Part shown: positions 17,401-24,780 of the stretch, piece after piece | Layout: every line of letters starts with the position of its first letter | Position numbering within the stretch: position 1 is the stretch's first letter | Source: an uncultured Syntrophobacterales bacterium | GTDB lineage: Bacteria; Desulfobacterota; Syntrophia; Syntrophales; UBA5619 | Assembly (NCBI GenBank): GCA_903928915.1 | Contig: CAIYSL010000098.1 | Location: forward strand, 35,179-99,178 | Length of the DNA: 64,000 nucleotides | Direction: 5' to 3' | Program-made: the position numbers and the translations under genes | The notes under the pieces: generated by a model | What the model was told of the DNA's origin: nothing | Databases searched by the model: none | Seen by the model: only the letters and a program-made list of their open reading frames with translations

Positions 17401-19893
17401 CTGTTCGCCTCGTCTCCGATCGGCATGCTGCTGCTCGACGGGGACCTGACGATCACGGATGCAAACGCCGCCGTCGCGACGATGGTCGGCAGACCGCCCG
17501 ACGAGATCATCCGTCGCCGCGGCGGCCACGGTCTGGGGTGCATACACAGCACCGAGCACCCCGGGGGCTGCGGGCACTCTCCGGCGTGCCCGTTGTGTCC
17601 CCTGCGTCAGGTGCTGACGGGAATTCTGTCGACCGGCAGTTCCATCCGCGGGGCGGAGATTCAAGTCACCCTTGCCGGCGGCGGCCGCGAGCAGAGCCCC
17701 TGGCTGCGGGTAAGCGCCGAACGCGTCCTGGTCAATCACCGCACGCACATCATCGTCGTGCTCGACAACATCACCGACCGCAAGCAGGCCGAACAGGAGC
17801 TGCGCAGGATGAACAGCGCCCTGGAGGCCCAGACCCGCATCGCCAACGAGCTGGCCGCCAAGGCGCAGGAGGCCAGCATCGCCAAGAGCGAGTTCTTGGC
17901 CAACATGAGCCATGAAATCCGCACGCCCATGAACGGGGTGATCGGGATGACCGGTCTGCTGCTCGACACCGGGCTGACCGAGGAGCAGCGCCATTTTGCG
18001 GAGACGGTGCAGACCAGCGGTGAATGGCTCCTCAGGGTAGTCAACGACATCCTCGATTTTTCCAAGATCGAGGCCGGCAAGCTCGACCTGGAGATCATGG
18101 ATTTCGATCTCCAGACCCTCCTGGAGGACTTCGCGGCGGGACTGGCCCTGCGCGCCCAGGACAAGGGGTTGGAGCTGTTCTGTCTCGCCGACCCCGGAGT
18201 CCCAATGCTGCTCCGGGGAGACCCGGGGCGGCTGCGCCAAATTCTCACCAACCTGGCGGGCAATGCCGTCAAGTTCACCCCCGCCGGGGAGGTGACGATC
18301 CGCGTCGCCACGGAATCGGAAACCGACCGAGAGGTCCTCCTGCGCTTCTCCGTGCGCGACACCGGCATCGGCATTCCCCGGGACAAGATCGATCTGCTCT
18401 TCGAAAAGTTCACCCAGGCCGACGCGTCCACGACCCGAAAGTACGGCGGCACTGGACTGGGGCTGGCCATATCGAAGCAACTTGCCGAACTAATGGGCGG
18501 TGCCGTCGGGGCCGTCAGCGAAGAGGGCAAGGGGTCAGAGTTCTGGTTCACGGTGCGCCTGGCCAAACAGACGCCGGCCGCGCCGCGGGAGATCGGCCCG
18601 CCGGCAAACCTCCGCGGGGTGCGGGTACTGATCGTGGACGACAATATCACCAGCCGTGAGATCCTGGCCGCACATACCCTTTCCTGGGGGATGCGGGTCG
18701 CCGAGACGGCCGACGGCCCCGCAGCCCTCCAGACCCTGGGGCGGGCGGTCGCCGAGGGCGACCCCTTCTCGATCGCCATCATCGACATGCAGATGCCCGA
18801 CATGGACGGCAAGACGCTCGGTGCGGCCATTCGCGATGACCGGCGACTGTCCGGCACCCGGATGGTGATGCTCACCTCCCTCGGGACGCGGGGCGATGCC
18901 CGCCAATTCGAGGAGATCGGTTTCGCGGCCTACCTCAACAAGCCGACCCGCCAGGGAGAGCTCAAGACCGTGCTGTCCCTGGTGCTGGCCGATCAGGAAA
19001 CCGCGCAGTTGAAAGAGCGGAACATCTTGACGCGCCACTCGGCGCGCGAACTGATGAATCGGTTCGCCGGGAGCAGGACGCGCATCCTGCTGGCTGAAGA
19101 CAACATCACCAATCAGCAGGTGGCCCTCGGGATTCTCAAGAATCTGGGGCTGAGGGCCGATGCCGTGGCTGACGGCGCAGAAGCGGTCAAGGCCCTGGAA
19201 ACGATCCCCTACGACCTGGTGATCATGGACGTGCAGATGCCCGTGATGGACGGCCTGGAGGCAACCCGTCGGATCCGGGACCCGCAATCGGGTGTGCGCA
19301 ACCACGCCATTCCCATCCTCGCCATGACAGCCCATGCCATGCAGGGCGACCGGGAAAAATATCTGCAGGCGGGGATGAACGACTACATCGCCAAACCGGT
19401 GAATCCACAGGCCCTGGCCGCCGCACTGGAGAGATGGCTGCCGAACCGGCAGGCGGCGGACCCGACGGCGGGGGAACGAAGGCCGACGGTACAGCAGGCC
19501 GCCCCCCCCCCCGCCCCGCTTCCGGTTTGGGACAGGCTGTGCATGCTGGACCGCATGCTGGGCGACGAAGAGCTGGCGCGGGAGATCCTGGAGTGCTTCC
19601 TTGCGGACATCCCGGACCAGCTCGGATCGCTCCGGAAGTCGCTGGAATCCGGCGACGCCTCCGCCGCGGAACGTCAGGCCCACGCCATAAAAGGTGCGGC
19701 GGCCAACGTCGGGGGAGAACGCCTGCGGCAGACGGCCCTCGCCATCGAAACGGCCGCCGGCGCCGGCAACCTGACGGCCGCCCGCGCCGGCATCGCCGAG
19801 CTGGAGCGGCAGTTTTTTCTGCTGCGGGAGACGCTGTACCACGACGGAGCGGTGGATGCCCGGGAGACCGGGAACGAAAGGAGCGCGCGGTGA
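14422..19893 (+). CDS. very large hybrid sensor histidine kinase (multi-TM N-terminal module, periplasmic Cache-like domain, several PAS/GAF, HisKA-HATPase, two receivers, HPt)
   Basis: Start taken at MPELKSS (14422). H-box SEFLANMSHEIRTPMNG (His codon 17911-17913). ATPase N/G boxes (GNAVKFT, DTGIGI, GGTGLGL). Receivers VLIVDDN...DMQMPDMDG and ILLAEDN...DVQMPVMDG. C-terminal HPt HAIKGAAANVG. Confidence 0.9.
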   Translation: MPELKSSPSVGRTVIAVTALTVLGFAGNWFSLPVGYSVSFVFGSIFTIIAVRLFGIGWGVGSAVVASSCTYLLWNHPYAIIVFAAEIAWIGLALRAGKRNILIIDALFWLMAAPPLVYLFFAGIMQLGIQNALLIFLKQLLNGIFNALIASILLSHAPLRRWLKLDRTPLLVPYSAVILHVTTAVFLIPALGLLLLANNREIDARHEIALHMVDDGAQEISSVIARWLTEHSSLLRAAVEHAEAGPLSPLPELRHILRIDQDFRSLYVVDRTGAAITSHPSANRAEEFAAGLNLADRRRLRQLRETLRPVVSDVITKQSGTLTGMVTISVPVLRDKAFTGFGLGVVTLDRIQSLIADLAKHGEVSATILDSQGTVVASTDPRKQPLRRLPVVQTREARTPLPGILLRVPDARQNVSIMDAWKDAFYYKKTSIAGSDWTLLVEYPLVPLQQYFCQTTIKNLSAVALLLVAVLFLSVVLSKKMAESAVLLADISRHLPESSERHVPTRWPETRIAEMATLTDHFRQMGEALDRRIAEARDANLLLENRISERTEQLHRLNERYTAAIESAQLGVWEWDARRDILIWDEQMFRLYAIVENEFSGSYDAWLKRIHPGDAARVREEIQQTLRSDKTLDTQFRILWPTGEVHHIKAYALITCDADGTPLRLTGINYDITARVRLEELVRTRMELLDFAATHTLGELIQKTLDKVEELVSSPVSFYHFVEPDQKTLSLQGWSTRTMAEFCTAVGKGTHYPVEQAGVWVDCVHQRRPVIHNDYPALPHRKGLPPGHPPVIRELVVPILRADRIVAILGVGNKPSDYTADDAEIVAYLADVAWEITERKRADESLNEERRRLAAIIRGTNVGTWEWNVQTGETVFNERWAEIIGYTLAELGPLSIETWTRHCHPEDIAASGALLERHFAGELDSYEFECRMRHKDGRWVWILDRGRVTSWTADGKPLLMSGTHQDITARKQGEEKLRQSEESLQVERDNLAALFASSPIGMLLLDGDLTITDANAAVATMVGRPPDEIIRRRGGHGLGCIHSTEHPGGCGHSPACPLCPLRQVLTGILSTGSSIRGAEIQVTLAGGGREQSPWLRVSAERVLVNHRTHIIVVLDNITDRKQAEQELRRMNSALEAQTRIANELAAKAQEASIAKSEFLANMSHEIRTPMNGVIGMTGLLLDTGLTEEQRHFAETVQTSGEWLLRVVNDILDFSKIEAGKLDLEIMDFDLQTLLEDFAAGLALRAQDKGLELFCLADPGVPMLLRGDPGRLRQILTNLAGNAVKFTPAGEVTIRVATESETDREVLLRFSVRDTGIGIPRDKIDLLFEKFTQADASTTRKYGGTGLGLAISKQLAELMGGAVGAVSEEGKGSEFWFTVRLAKQTPAAPREIGPPANLRGVRVLIVDDNITSREILAAHTLSWGMRVAETADGPAALQTLGRAVAEGDPFSIAIIDMQMPDMDGKTLGAAIRDDRRLSGTRMVMLTSLGTRGDARQFEEIGFAAYLNKPTRQGELKTVLSLVLADQETAQLKERNILTRHSARELMNRFAGSRTRILLAEDNITNQQVALGILKNLGLRADAVADGAEAVKALETIPYDLVIMDVQMPVMDGLEATRRIRDPQSGVRNHAIPILAMTAHAMQGDREKYLQAGMNDYIAKPVNPQALAAALERWLPNRQAADPTAGERRPTVQQAAPPPAPLPVWDRLCMLDRMLGDEELAREILECFLADIPDQLGSLRKSLESGDASAAERQAHAIKGAAANVGGERLRQTALAIETAAGAGNLTAARAGIAELERQFFLLRETLYHDGAVDARETGNERSAR

Positions 19894-20540
19894 AAATCCT
19901 GATCGCAGAAGACGACGCCACTTCGCGTGCCCTTCTGACTGCCGTGCTGAAGAAAAGCGGGCATGACGTGGTGGAAACGCGGACCGGTACGGAGGCCTGG
20001 GAGGTGCTGCGGAGTCCCGCCCCCCCCCGCCTCGCCATCCTCGACTGGATGATGCCCGACATGGACGGCCTGGAGGTGATCCGCAGGGTCCGCGCCCTGC
20101 ACGCAGAGCAGACCGCAAACGCCACCGCACCGGCTGCGGCGGTACGCGTCTACCTCATCCTCCTGACCACGAAGACGGACAAGGCCGACATCGTCGCCGG
20201 CCTCAACGCGGGCGCCGACGACTACCTGGGCAAGCCCTACCATCAGGGCGAACTCAACGCACGCGTCGAGTGCGGCCGGCGCATGGTCGAGATGAAGGAC
20301 GCGCTGGATGCGAAGGTCGAGGAACTGCGCCGGGCGCTCGATCAGATCAAGACGCTGCGCGGCATCCTGCCGATCTGCGCGCACTGCAAGAAGATTCGTG
20401 ACGATGCCGGATACTGGAATCAGCTGGAGACGTTCATCCGCGACCGCTCGGAGGCCGAATTCAGCCACGGCATCTGTCCCGAATGTGTGCGCACGCTCTA
20501 TCCCCAGCTGGGGGAAAAGAAGACAAGGAACGGGCCGTGA
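19890..20540 (+). CDS. response regulator: receiver domain plus C-terminal four-Cys (CxxC...CxxC) domain
   Basis: GTG start overlaps the kinase stop (GTGA). VKILIAEDDATSR...LDWMMPDMDG...LGKP is a receiver domain. The C-terminus is LRGILPICAHCKKIRDDAGYWNQLETFIRDRSEAEFSHGICPECV. Confidence 0.85.
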   Translation: MKILIAEDDATSRALLTAVLKKSGHDVVETRTGTEAWEVLRSPAPPRLAILDWMMPDMDGLEVIRRVRALHAEQTANATAPAAAVRVYLILLTTKTDKADIVAGLNAGADDYLGKPYHQGELNARVECGRRMVEMKDALDAKVEELRRALDQIKTLRGILPICAHCKKIRDDAGYWNQLETFIRDRSEAEFSHGICPECVRTLYPQLGEKKTRNGP

Positions 20541-20691
20541 CCGGTGCCGGAGGGGATGCGCCGGCCCGGGGAGAAGGCTCCGGCCGACGCGGGAGAGCCG
20601 GGGAGTGCAAACGACGGACTTACGAGAATCGGGATGACGGCGCCGCTTCCGCGGCGTCCCGATCCCGGCCACGATGAAGGAGCGATGATCC

Positions 20692-21228
20692 ATGGCGACT
20701 GAAGAGGAGACCCGCCTGCTGTCGACGGACGAGGTGAATCAGCTGCTGGACACCTGGTATCCCGAGGGGGCTGTGGAAAAGGTCAAGGTTCTGATCGTCG
20801 AGGACGACCAGGCGACCAGGCTGCTGTACAACCGAGGTCTGTTCGATCAGGTCTTCGACAAGAAACTGACCCCCTCCGGCAGGGAGGCCCTGCGCCTGTA
20901 TGACGACTGGCATCCCGATATCGTCTTGCTCGACATTTTTCTGTCGGAAATGACCGGTTACCAGGTGTTGAAGGAGATACGGACCACCCTGAGCGACCGG
21001 AAGACGGTCATCGTGATGGCGACCTCGCTGTCCGGCCGTGACGACGTCCTGTCCTGCATAAAGCTCGGCGCCGACGGCTACATCACCAAACCCTTTCCCT
21101 GCGGGGAAATCGGGGCGAAGATCCTGGGCTACTATGCAAAGCGGGAACCGGACCGGGCGAAAACGGCAACCGCGCTCTGCACGGTGATCGCAAAACAGAC
21201 CCGCCTTCAATCGCTGCGGAAGAGTTGA
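20692..21228 (+). CDS. single-domain (CheY-like) response regulator with about 30-aa N-terminal extension
   Basis: 178 aa. VLIVEDDQATRLL...DIVLLDIFLSEMTGYQVL...DGYITKPF are receiver motifs. Confidence 0.8.
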   Translation: MATEEETRLLSTDEVNQLLDTWYPEGAVEKVKVLIVEDDQATRLLYNRGLFDQVFDKKLTPSGREALRLYDDWHPDIVLLDIFLSEMTGYQVLKEIRTTLSDRKTVIVMATSLSGRDDVLSCIKLGADGYITKPFPCGEIGAKILGYYAKREPDRAKTATALCTVIAKQTRLQSLRKS

Positions 21229-21387
21229 AAACCACGCCAAGCGCGCCCCTCATGCGGCCGCCGCTGCTTCGCGCGCGGCAGGGCAGGCGGAGCGGGTGCG
21301 CGCAGGGAATGCCGCATCCGCCCCCCCGAGCTGCGCTAAAATCCAATTTATCCAATATGATCTGCCGACGGCACCCAGATTAATTGC

Positions 21388-21416
21388 TTGACAGGAACCG
21401 AGGGACCGGGTATTTT
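21388..21416 (+). promoter_or_regulatory. sigma70-type promoter for the HD-GYP operon
   Basis: Consensus TTGACA (21388-21393), 17-nt spacer, TATTTT (21411-21416), about 100 nt upstream of ATG 21518. An AT-rich patch with direct repeats ATCCAAT lies 30-45 nt further upstream. Confidence 0.55.
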
Positions 21417-21517
21417 GCTGCATTCGCACCGGCCGGTCCGGGGCGCAAAGACACAGCCGGCAGGGTGCATACCGGCAGGAATCACCCGGTCGGGGAATCC
21501 ACCGTCCCCGCCGTCCC

Positions 21518-23071
21518 ATGATGAAGGCCATGATCGATTTTCTGCTGAAAAACAGGCCGCGCAGCAGGTCGCTCATCATCGCCCTGCTCGTCCTTGCCGC
21601 CCTGCTTCCCCTCTGGTGGCAGGCCGGTTTCTGGTACCGGGAGCGCCTCCTGAAGGACGTGCGCGTCCGGGTCACCGAAACCGCTGCCGTCCACGCCGAC
21701 CTGCTCGGCGCCCAGCTCAACCAGCGCCTCCTGATCCTCAAAGGGCTCAAGGCCTTCGCGGAGATGCACATCAACTCCAACACGGAGATCGAGCGGGTGA
21801 AATTCGCCCCCTTCGCCGCGGGCCTCGTAAGCGGAGTGGCGGGTCTGCGCACCGCGGCCATCGCCCCGGGAGGAACGGTGCTGTTCCTCTACCCCGCCGA
21901 GGGGAACGAGGGCCAGCTCGGACATGATCTCATCCGGGACCGGCGCGCCCCGGTCCGTGCCGACGTCCAGCGCGCCATCCGCACGCGGCGGATCGTCCTG
22001 AGCGGCCCCTACGCGCTCCGCCCGAAGGTGCTGCAGCTCGTGGCGCGTCAGGCCGTCTACAGCGGCGAAACCGCCTTCTGGGGTCTCGTCGCGGCCGAGT
22101 ACGACATCGCTCCGCTTTTTGCGGAGGCCGCCCTCGATCCCCCCCCGGCCGGCCTGCAGGTGCTCCTCCAGGACCGCGCCAACTATGTCCTGATCGGGGA
22201 AAAGAGCGTCCTCGAGGGAAACCCCGTGACGGCCAAAGTCGATCTCCCCGACGGCGCCTGGAAGCTTTCCGTCCTGCCCGCCGGGGGATGGGACGCCGCC
22301 GTCGGCGCGGAGCTCCTCCGGTTTCAGGGAGCGGGGCTTGCCCTCGCCCTCCTGCTGACGATCCTGGTCTACCTCCTCACCAGCTACCGGGCAAACCTGA
22401 CGATGACCGTCAAGGAGCGGACCGGCGAACTCCAGCGTTCACTCACGAACCTGCGCGAGGAAGACGAGGCCCTGAACCGGTCGCTGGGCACGCTCCGGCG
22501 GGCGATGGCGGCGATGCTCGAGGTCCTGGCGCGGTCGGTGGAGATGAAAGATTCCTATGCAACGGGGCATCAACGGCGTGTTGCGGACCTGGCGCGGACG
22601 ATCGCGATGGAGATGGGGCACCCGGAGGAGATGATCGACGGGATCCGGATGGCGGGTGTCGTGCACGACATCGGGAAACTCCGTCTGCCCTCGGAGATCC
22701 TGAACAAACCGGCGCGCCTCACCGAGGCGGAGTACGGGCAGGTGAAGAAGCACCCCCAGGAGGGGTACGATATCCTGAAGGACGTCACCTTCCCCTGGCC
22801 GATCGCCCGGATCGTGTGGCAGCACCATGAACGCCTCGACGGGTCGGGCTATCCGCTTGGCCTTGCGGGAGAGGCGATCGTGCCGGAGGCGCGGATACTG
22901 GCGGTGGCGGACGTGGTGGAGACGATGGCGTCGCACCGCGCCTACCGGCCGGCGCCCGGCCTGGAGAAGGCCCTGGAGGAGATAAGCGCGCAGCGCGGCG
23001 TCCTGTACGATCCCGCCGTGGTCGACGCCTGCATCCGCATCTTCAGAGAAAAGGACTTCCGCCTGGCATGA
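21518..23071 (+). CDS. membrane-anchored sensor with periplasmic domain and cytoplasmic HD-GYP (c-di-GMP phosphodiesterase-type) domain
   Basis: 517 aa. Two TM segments flank an approximately 230-aa periplasmic region. HD motif (GVVHDIGK) and HHERLDGSGYP. Confidence 0.85.
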   Translation: MMKAMIDFLLKNRPRSRSLIIALLVLAALLPLWWQAGFWYRERLLKDVRVRVTETAAVHADLLGAQLNQRLLILKGLKAFAEMHINSNTEIERVKFAPFAAGLVSGVAGLRTAAIAPGGTVLFLYPAEGNEGQLGHDLIRDRRAPVRADVQRAIRTRRIVLSGPYALRPKVLQLVARQAVYSGETAFWGLVAAEYDIAPLFAEAALDPPPAGLQVLLQDRANYVLIGEKSVLEGNPVTAKVDLPDGAWKLSVLPAGGWDAAVGAELLRFQGAGLALALLLTILVYLLTSYRANLTMTVKERTGELQRSLTNLREEDEALNRSLGTLRRAMAAMLEVLARSVEMKDSYATGHQRRVADLARTIAMEMGHPEEMIDGIRMAGVVHDIGKLRLPSEILNKPARLTEAEYGQVKKHPQEGYDILKDVTFPWPIARIVWQHHERLDGSGYPLGLAGEAIVPEARILAVADVVETMASHRAYRPAPGLEKALEEISAQRGVLYDPAVVDACIRIFREKDFRLA

Positions 23072-23102
23072 GAACGATGCGCTCCGGGAGAAAGGGAACG
23101 TC

Positions 23103-23933
23103 ATGCTGATCCGCTGCTGGGGCGCGCGGGGCTCCGTTCCGGTTTCGGGCAAGCAGTATCTGCACTACGGCGGCGACACCACCTGCATCGAGCTGCGCAC
23201 CAAGGACGACAACGTCATCATCATCGACGCCGGTTCAGGCGCCCGGAGACTGGGAAAGCGGCTGATCGCCGAGGGCCGCAGCGTCTTTTCGATGCTGTTC
23301 ACCCATTCCCACTGGGACCACATCATGGGCTTTCCCTTCTTCAAACCCGTCTACCAGTCCGACACCCGGATCGCCCTGTTCGGCTGCCCCTTTGTGCGGG
23401 ACTCGGTGAAGGCGCTCATTTCGCCCATCATGACCCCGCCCAATTTCCCCGTTTGTTTCGACGACATCACGGCGGACATCCGCTACGAGGAGACCTGCAC
23501 CGACACCTTCACGATCGGGGGAATGACCGTCACCCCCATCCCGATCAGCCACCCCAACCAGGGGCTGGGGTATCGGTTCGAGGAGGACGGGAAGTCCTTT
23601 GTCTTTCTGACCGACAACGAGCTGACGTACCGGCATCCGGGGGGACTCGCCTACGAGGACTACCGTACCTTCGCGTCGGGTGCGGACCTCCTCGTCCACG
23701 ACGCCGAATACCTCCCCGGCGAGTACCGGCAGACCCGCAGCTGGGGCCATTCCGTGTACACCGACGCCCTGAACCTGGCGCTCGACGCGGGGGTCGCCCG
23801 TCTCGGCCTGTTCCACCACAACCAGGACCGAGCGGACCGGGACGTGGATGGGATGGTGGAGGAGTGCCGCACCGCCGCCGGCCGGAAGCTCGACTGCTTC
23901 GCTCTGGGCCAGGACATGGAGATCGCCCTGTAG
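23103..23933 (+). CDS. MBL-fold metallo-hydrolase
   Basis: 276 aa. FTHSHWDHIMGFPFF (HxHxDH) and later His/Asp ligands (LLVHDAEY, GHS). Starts 32 nt after the HD-GYP stop. Confidence 0.85.
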   Translation: MLIRCWGARGSVPVSGKQYLHYGGDTTCIELRTKDDNVIIIDAGSGARRLGKRLIAEGRSVFSMLFTHSHWDHIMGFPFFKPVYQSDTRIALFGCPFVRDSVKALISPIMTPPNFPVCFDDITADIRYEETCTDTFTIGGMTVTPIPISHPNQGLGYRFEEDGKSFVFLTDNELTYRHPGGLAYEDYRTFASGADLLVHDAEYLPGEYRQTRSWGHSVYTDALNLALDAGVARLGLFHHNQDRADRDVDGMVEECRTAAGRKLDCFALGQDMEIAL

Positions 23934-23966
23934 CCATACGAAACAACCTAATAAGGAGATGTACCG

Positions 23967-24362
23967 ATGGACGGAGAAAAAAGAGAATTGAGAACTGACG
24001 GATGCTGTTCCCGCCGGACGGCGATTGCGGTTGTGATGCAGGCCCTGTTTCTGCCGCTTGTCTTCCCCTTCCCCGCCGCGGCCAGTGCGCCCGACGAGGT
24101 GGCGCTCAGCTACGACGCGGCCAAACGCACCCTGGAGGTGAAGATCACCCACCCATCCAAATCGCCCCAGCGGCATTACATCGAAAAGGTCGAGGTCGCG
24201 AAGAACGGCTCCTTCGTCACCCAGGGCGAATACAAGGAGCAGCCCGCCCAGGCGACGTATTCCTACACCTACCCCGTCACGGCCGCCCCCGGCGACGTCC
24301 TCGAGGCCAAGGCGATCTGCAGTATCCTGGGCTCGAAGACCGGGAAGCTGACGGTACGGTAG
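23967..24362 (+). CDS. Tat-signal periplasmic protein with remote superoxide-reductase/desulfoferrodoxin-like motifs
   Basis: 131 aa. SD AAGGAG 8 nt upstream. Twin-arginine signal (CSRRTAIAVV...AAASA). ITHPSKSPQRHYIEKVEV and AICSILGS resemble the HPxxxxHxIxWIEL and CNxHG motifs of SOR centre II, but with different spacing and Leu in place of the final His. Confidence 0.5.
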   Translation: MDGEKRELRTDGCCSRRTAIAVVMQALFLPLVFPFPAAASAPDEVALSYDAAKRTLEVKITHPSKSPQRHYIEKVEVAKNGSFVTQGEYKEQPAQATYSYTYPVTAAPGDVLEAKAICSILGSKTGKLTVR

Positions 24363-24367
24363 ATGCC

Positions 24368-24769
24368 ATGTCCCTCTTCCTCGTCCATGCCGTTCTGATG
24401 GGGGCGGGGTTTCTGCTGACCGCCTCCGCGCTCATCGTCGCGATGACACAGCGGCGAAAGCGATGGTGGCTGCGGGCGCACCGTGCCTGCGGGCTTGCCG
24501 GGGCGTCGGCGATGCTCCTGGGGAGCGCGGCGGCCGTGGCCGCTGTCGCCGCACTGCCCAAACCGCACCACTTCGCCTCGCCGCACACCTGGGTCGGCGC
24601 TCTCACGATCGCGCTCGTCGCGGCCGCGGCGGCGCTCGGGCTCCTGCAGCTCAGGGTCCCGGCGAAGGCGGCCCGATTCCGCACCGTCCACCGCCTCGCC
24701 GGCCGGCTCGCCAACCTCTCCGCCCCGCTCGCCATCCTGATGGGCCTGGTCGCGGCGGAGCTCATCTGA
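24368..24769 (+). CDS. four-TM membrane protein with conserved-looking His residues (possible b-type haem/ferric-reductase-like)
   Basis: ATG 24368, 5 nt after the previous stop. MSLFLVHAVLMGAGFLL...WWLRAHRACGLAG...HTWVGALTIALV...VHRLAGRL: four hydrophobic helices, each with a His. The function is a guess. Confidence 0.5.
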   Translation: MSLFLVHAVLMGAGFLLTASALIVAMTQRRKRWWLRAHRACGLAGASAMLLGSAAAVAAVAALPKPHHFASPHTWVGALTIALVAAAAALGLLQLRVPAKAARFRTVHRLAGRLANLSAPLAILMGLVAAELI

Positions 24770-24780
24770 GAGCGCCGGCC

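Noticed and set aside
20639-20658. Strong hairpin GGCGCCGC-ttcc-GCGGCGTC between the two response-regulator genes
   Set aside because: It is not followed by a U-tract and lies 30 nt upstream of the next start codon. It could be an attenuator or stabiliser, but there is no evidence either way, so it is not called as a terminator.
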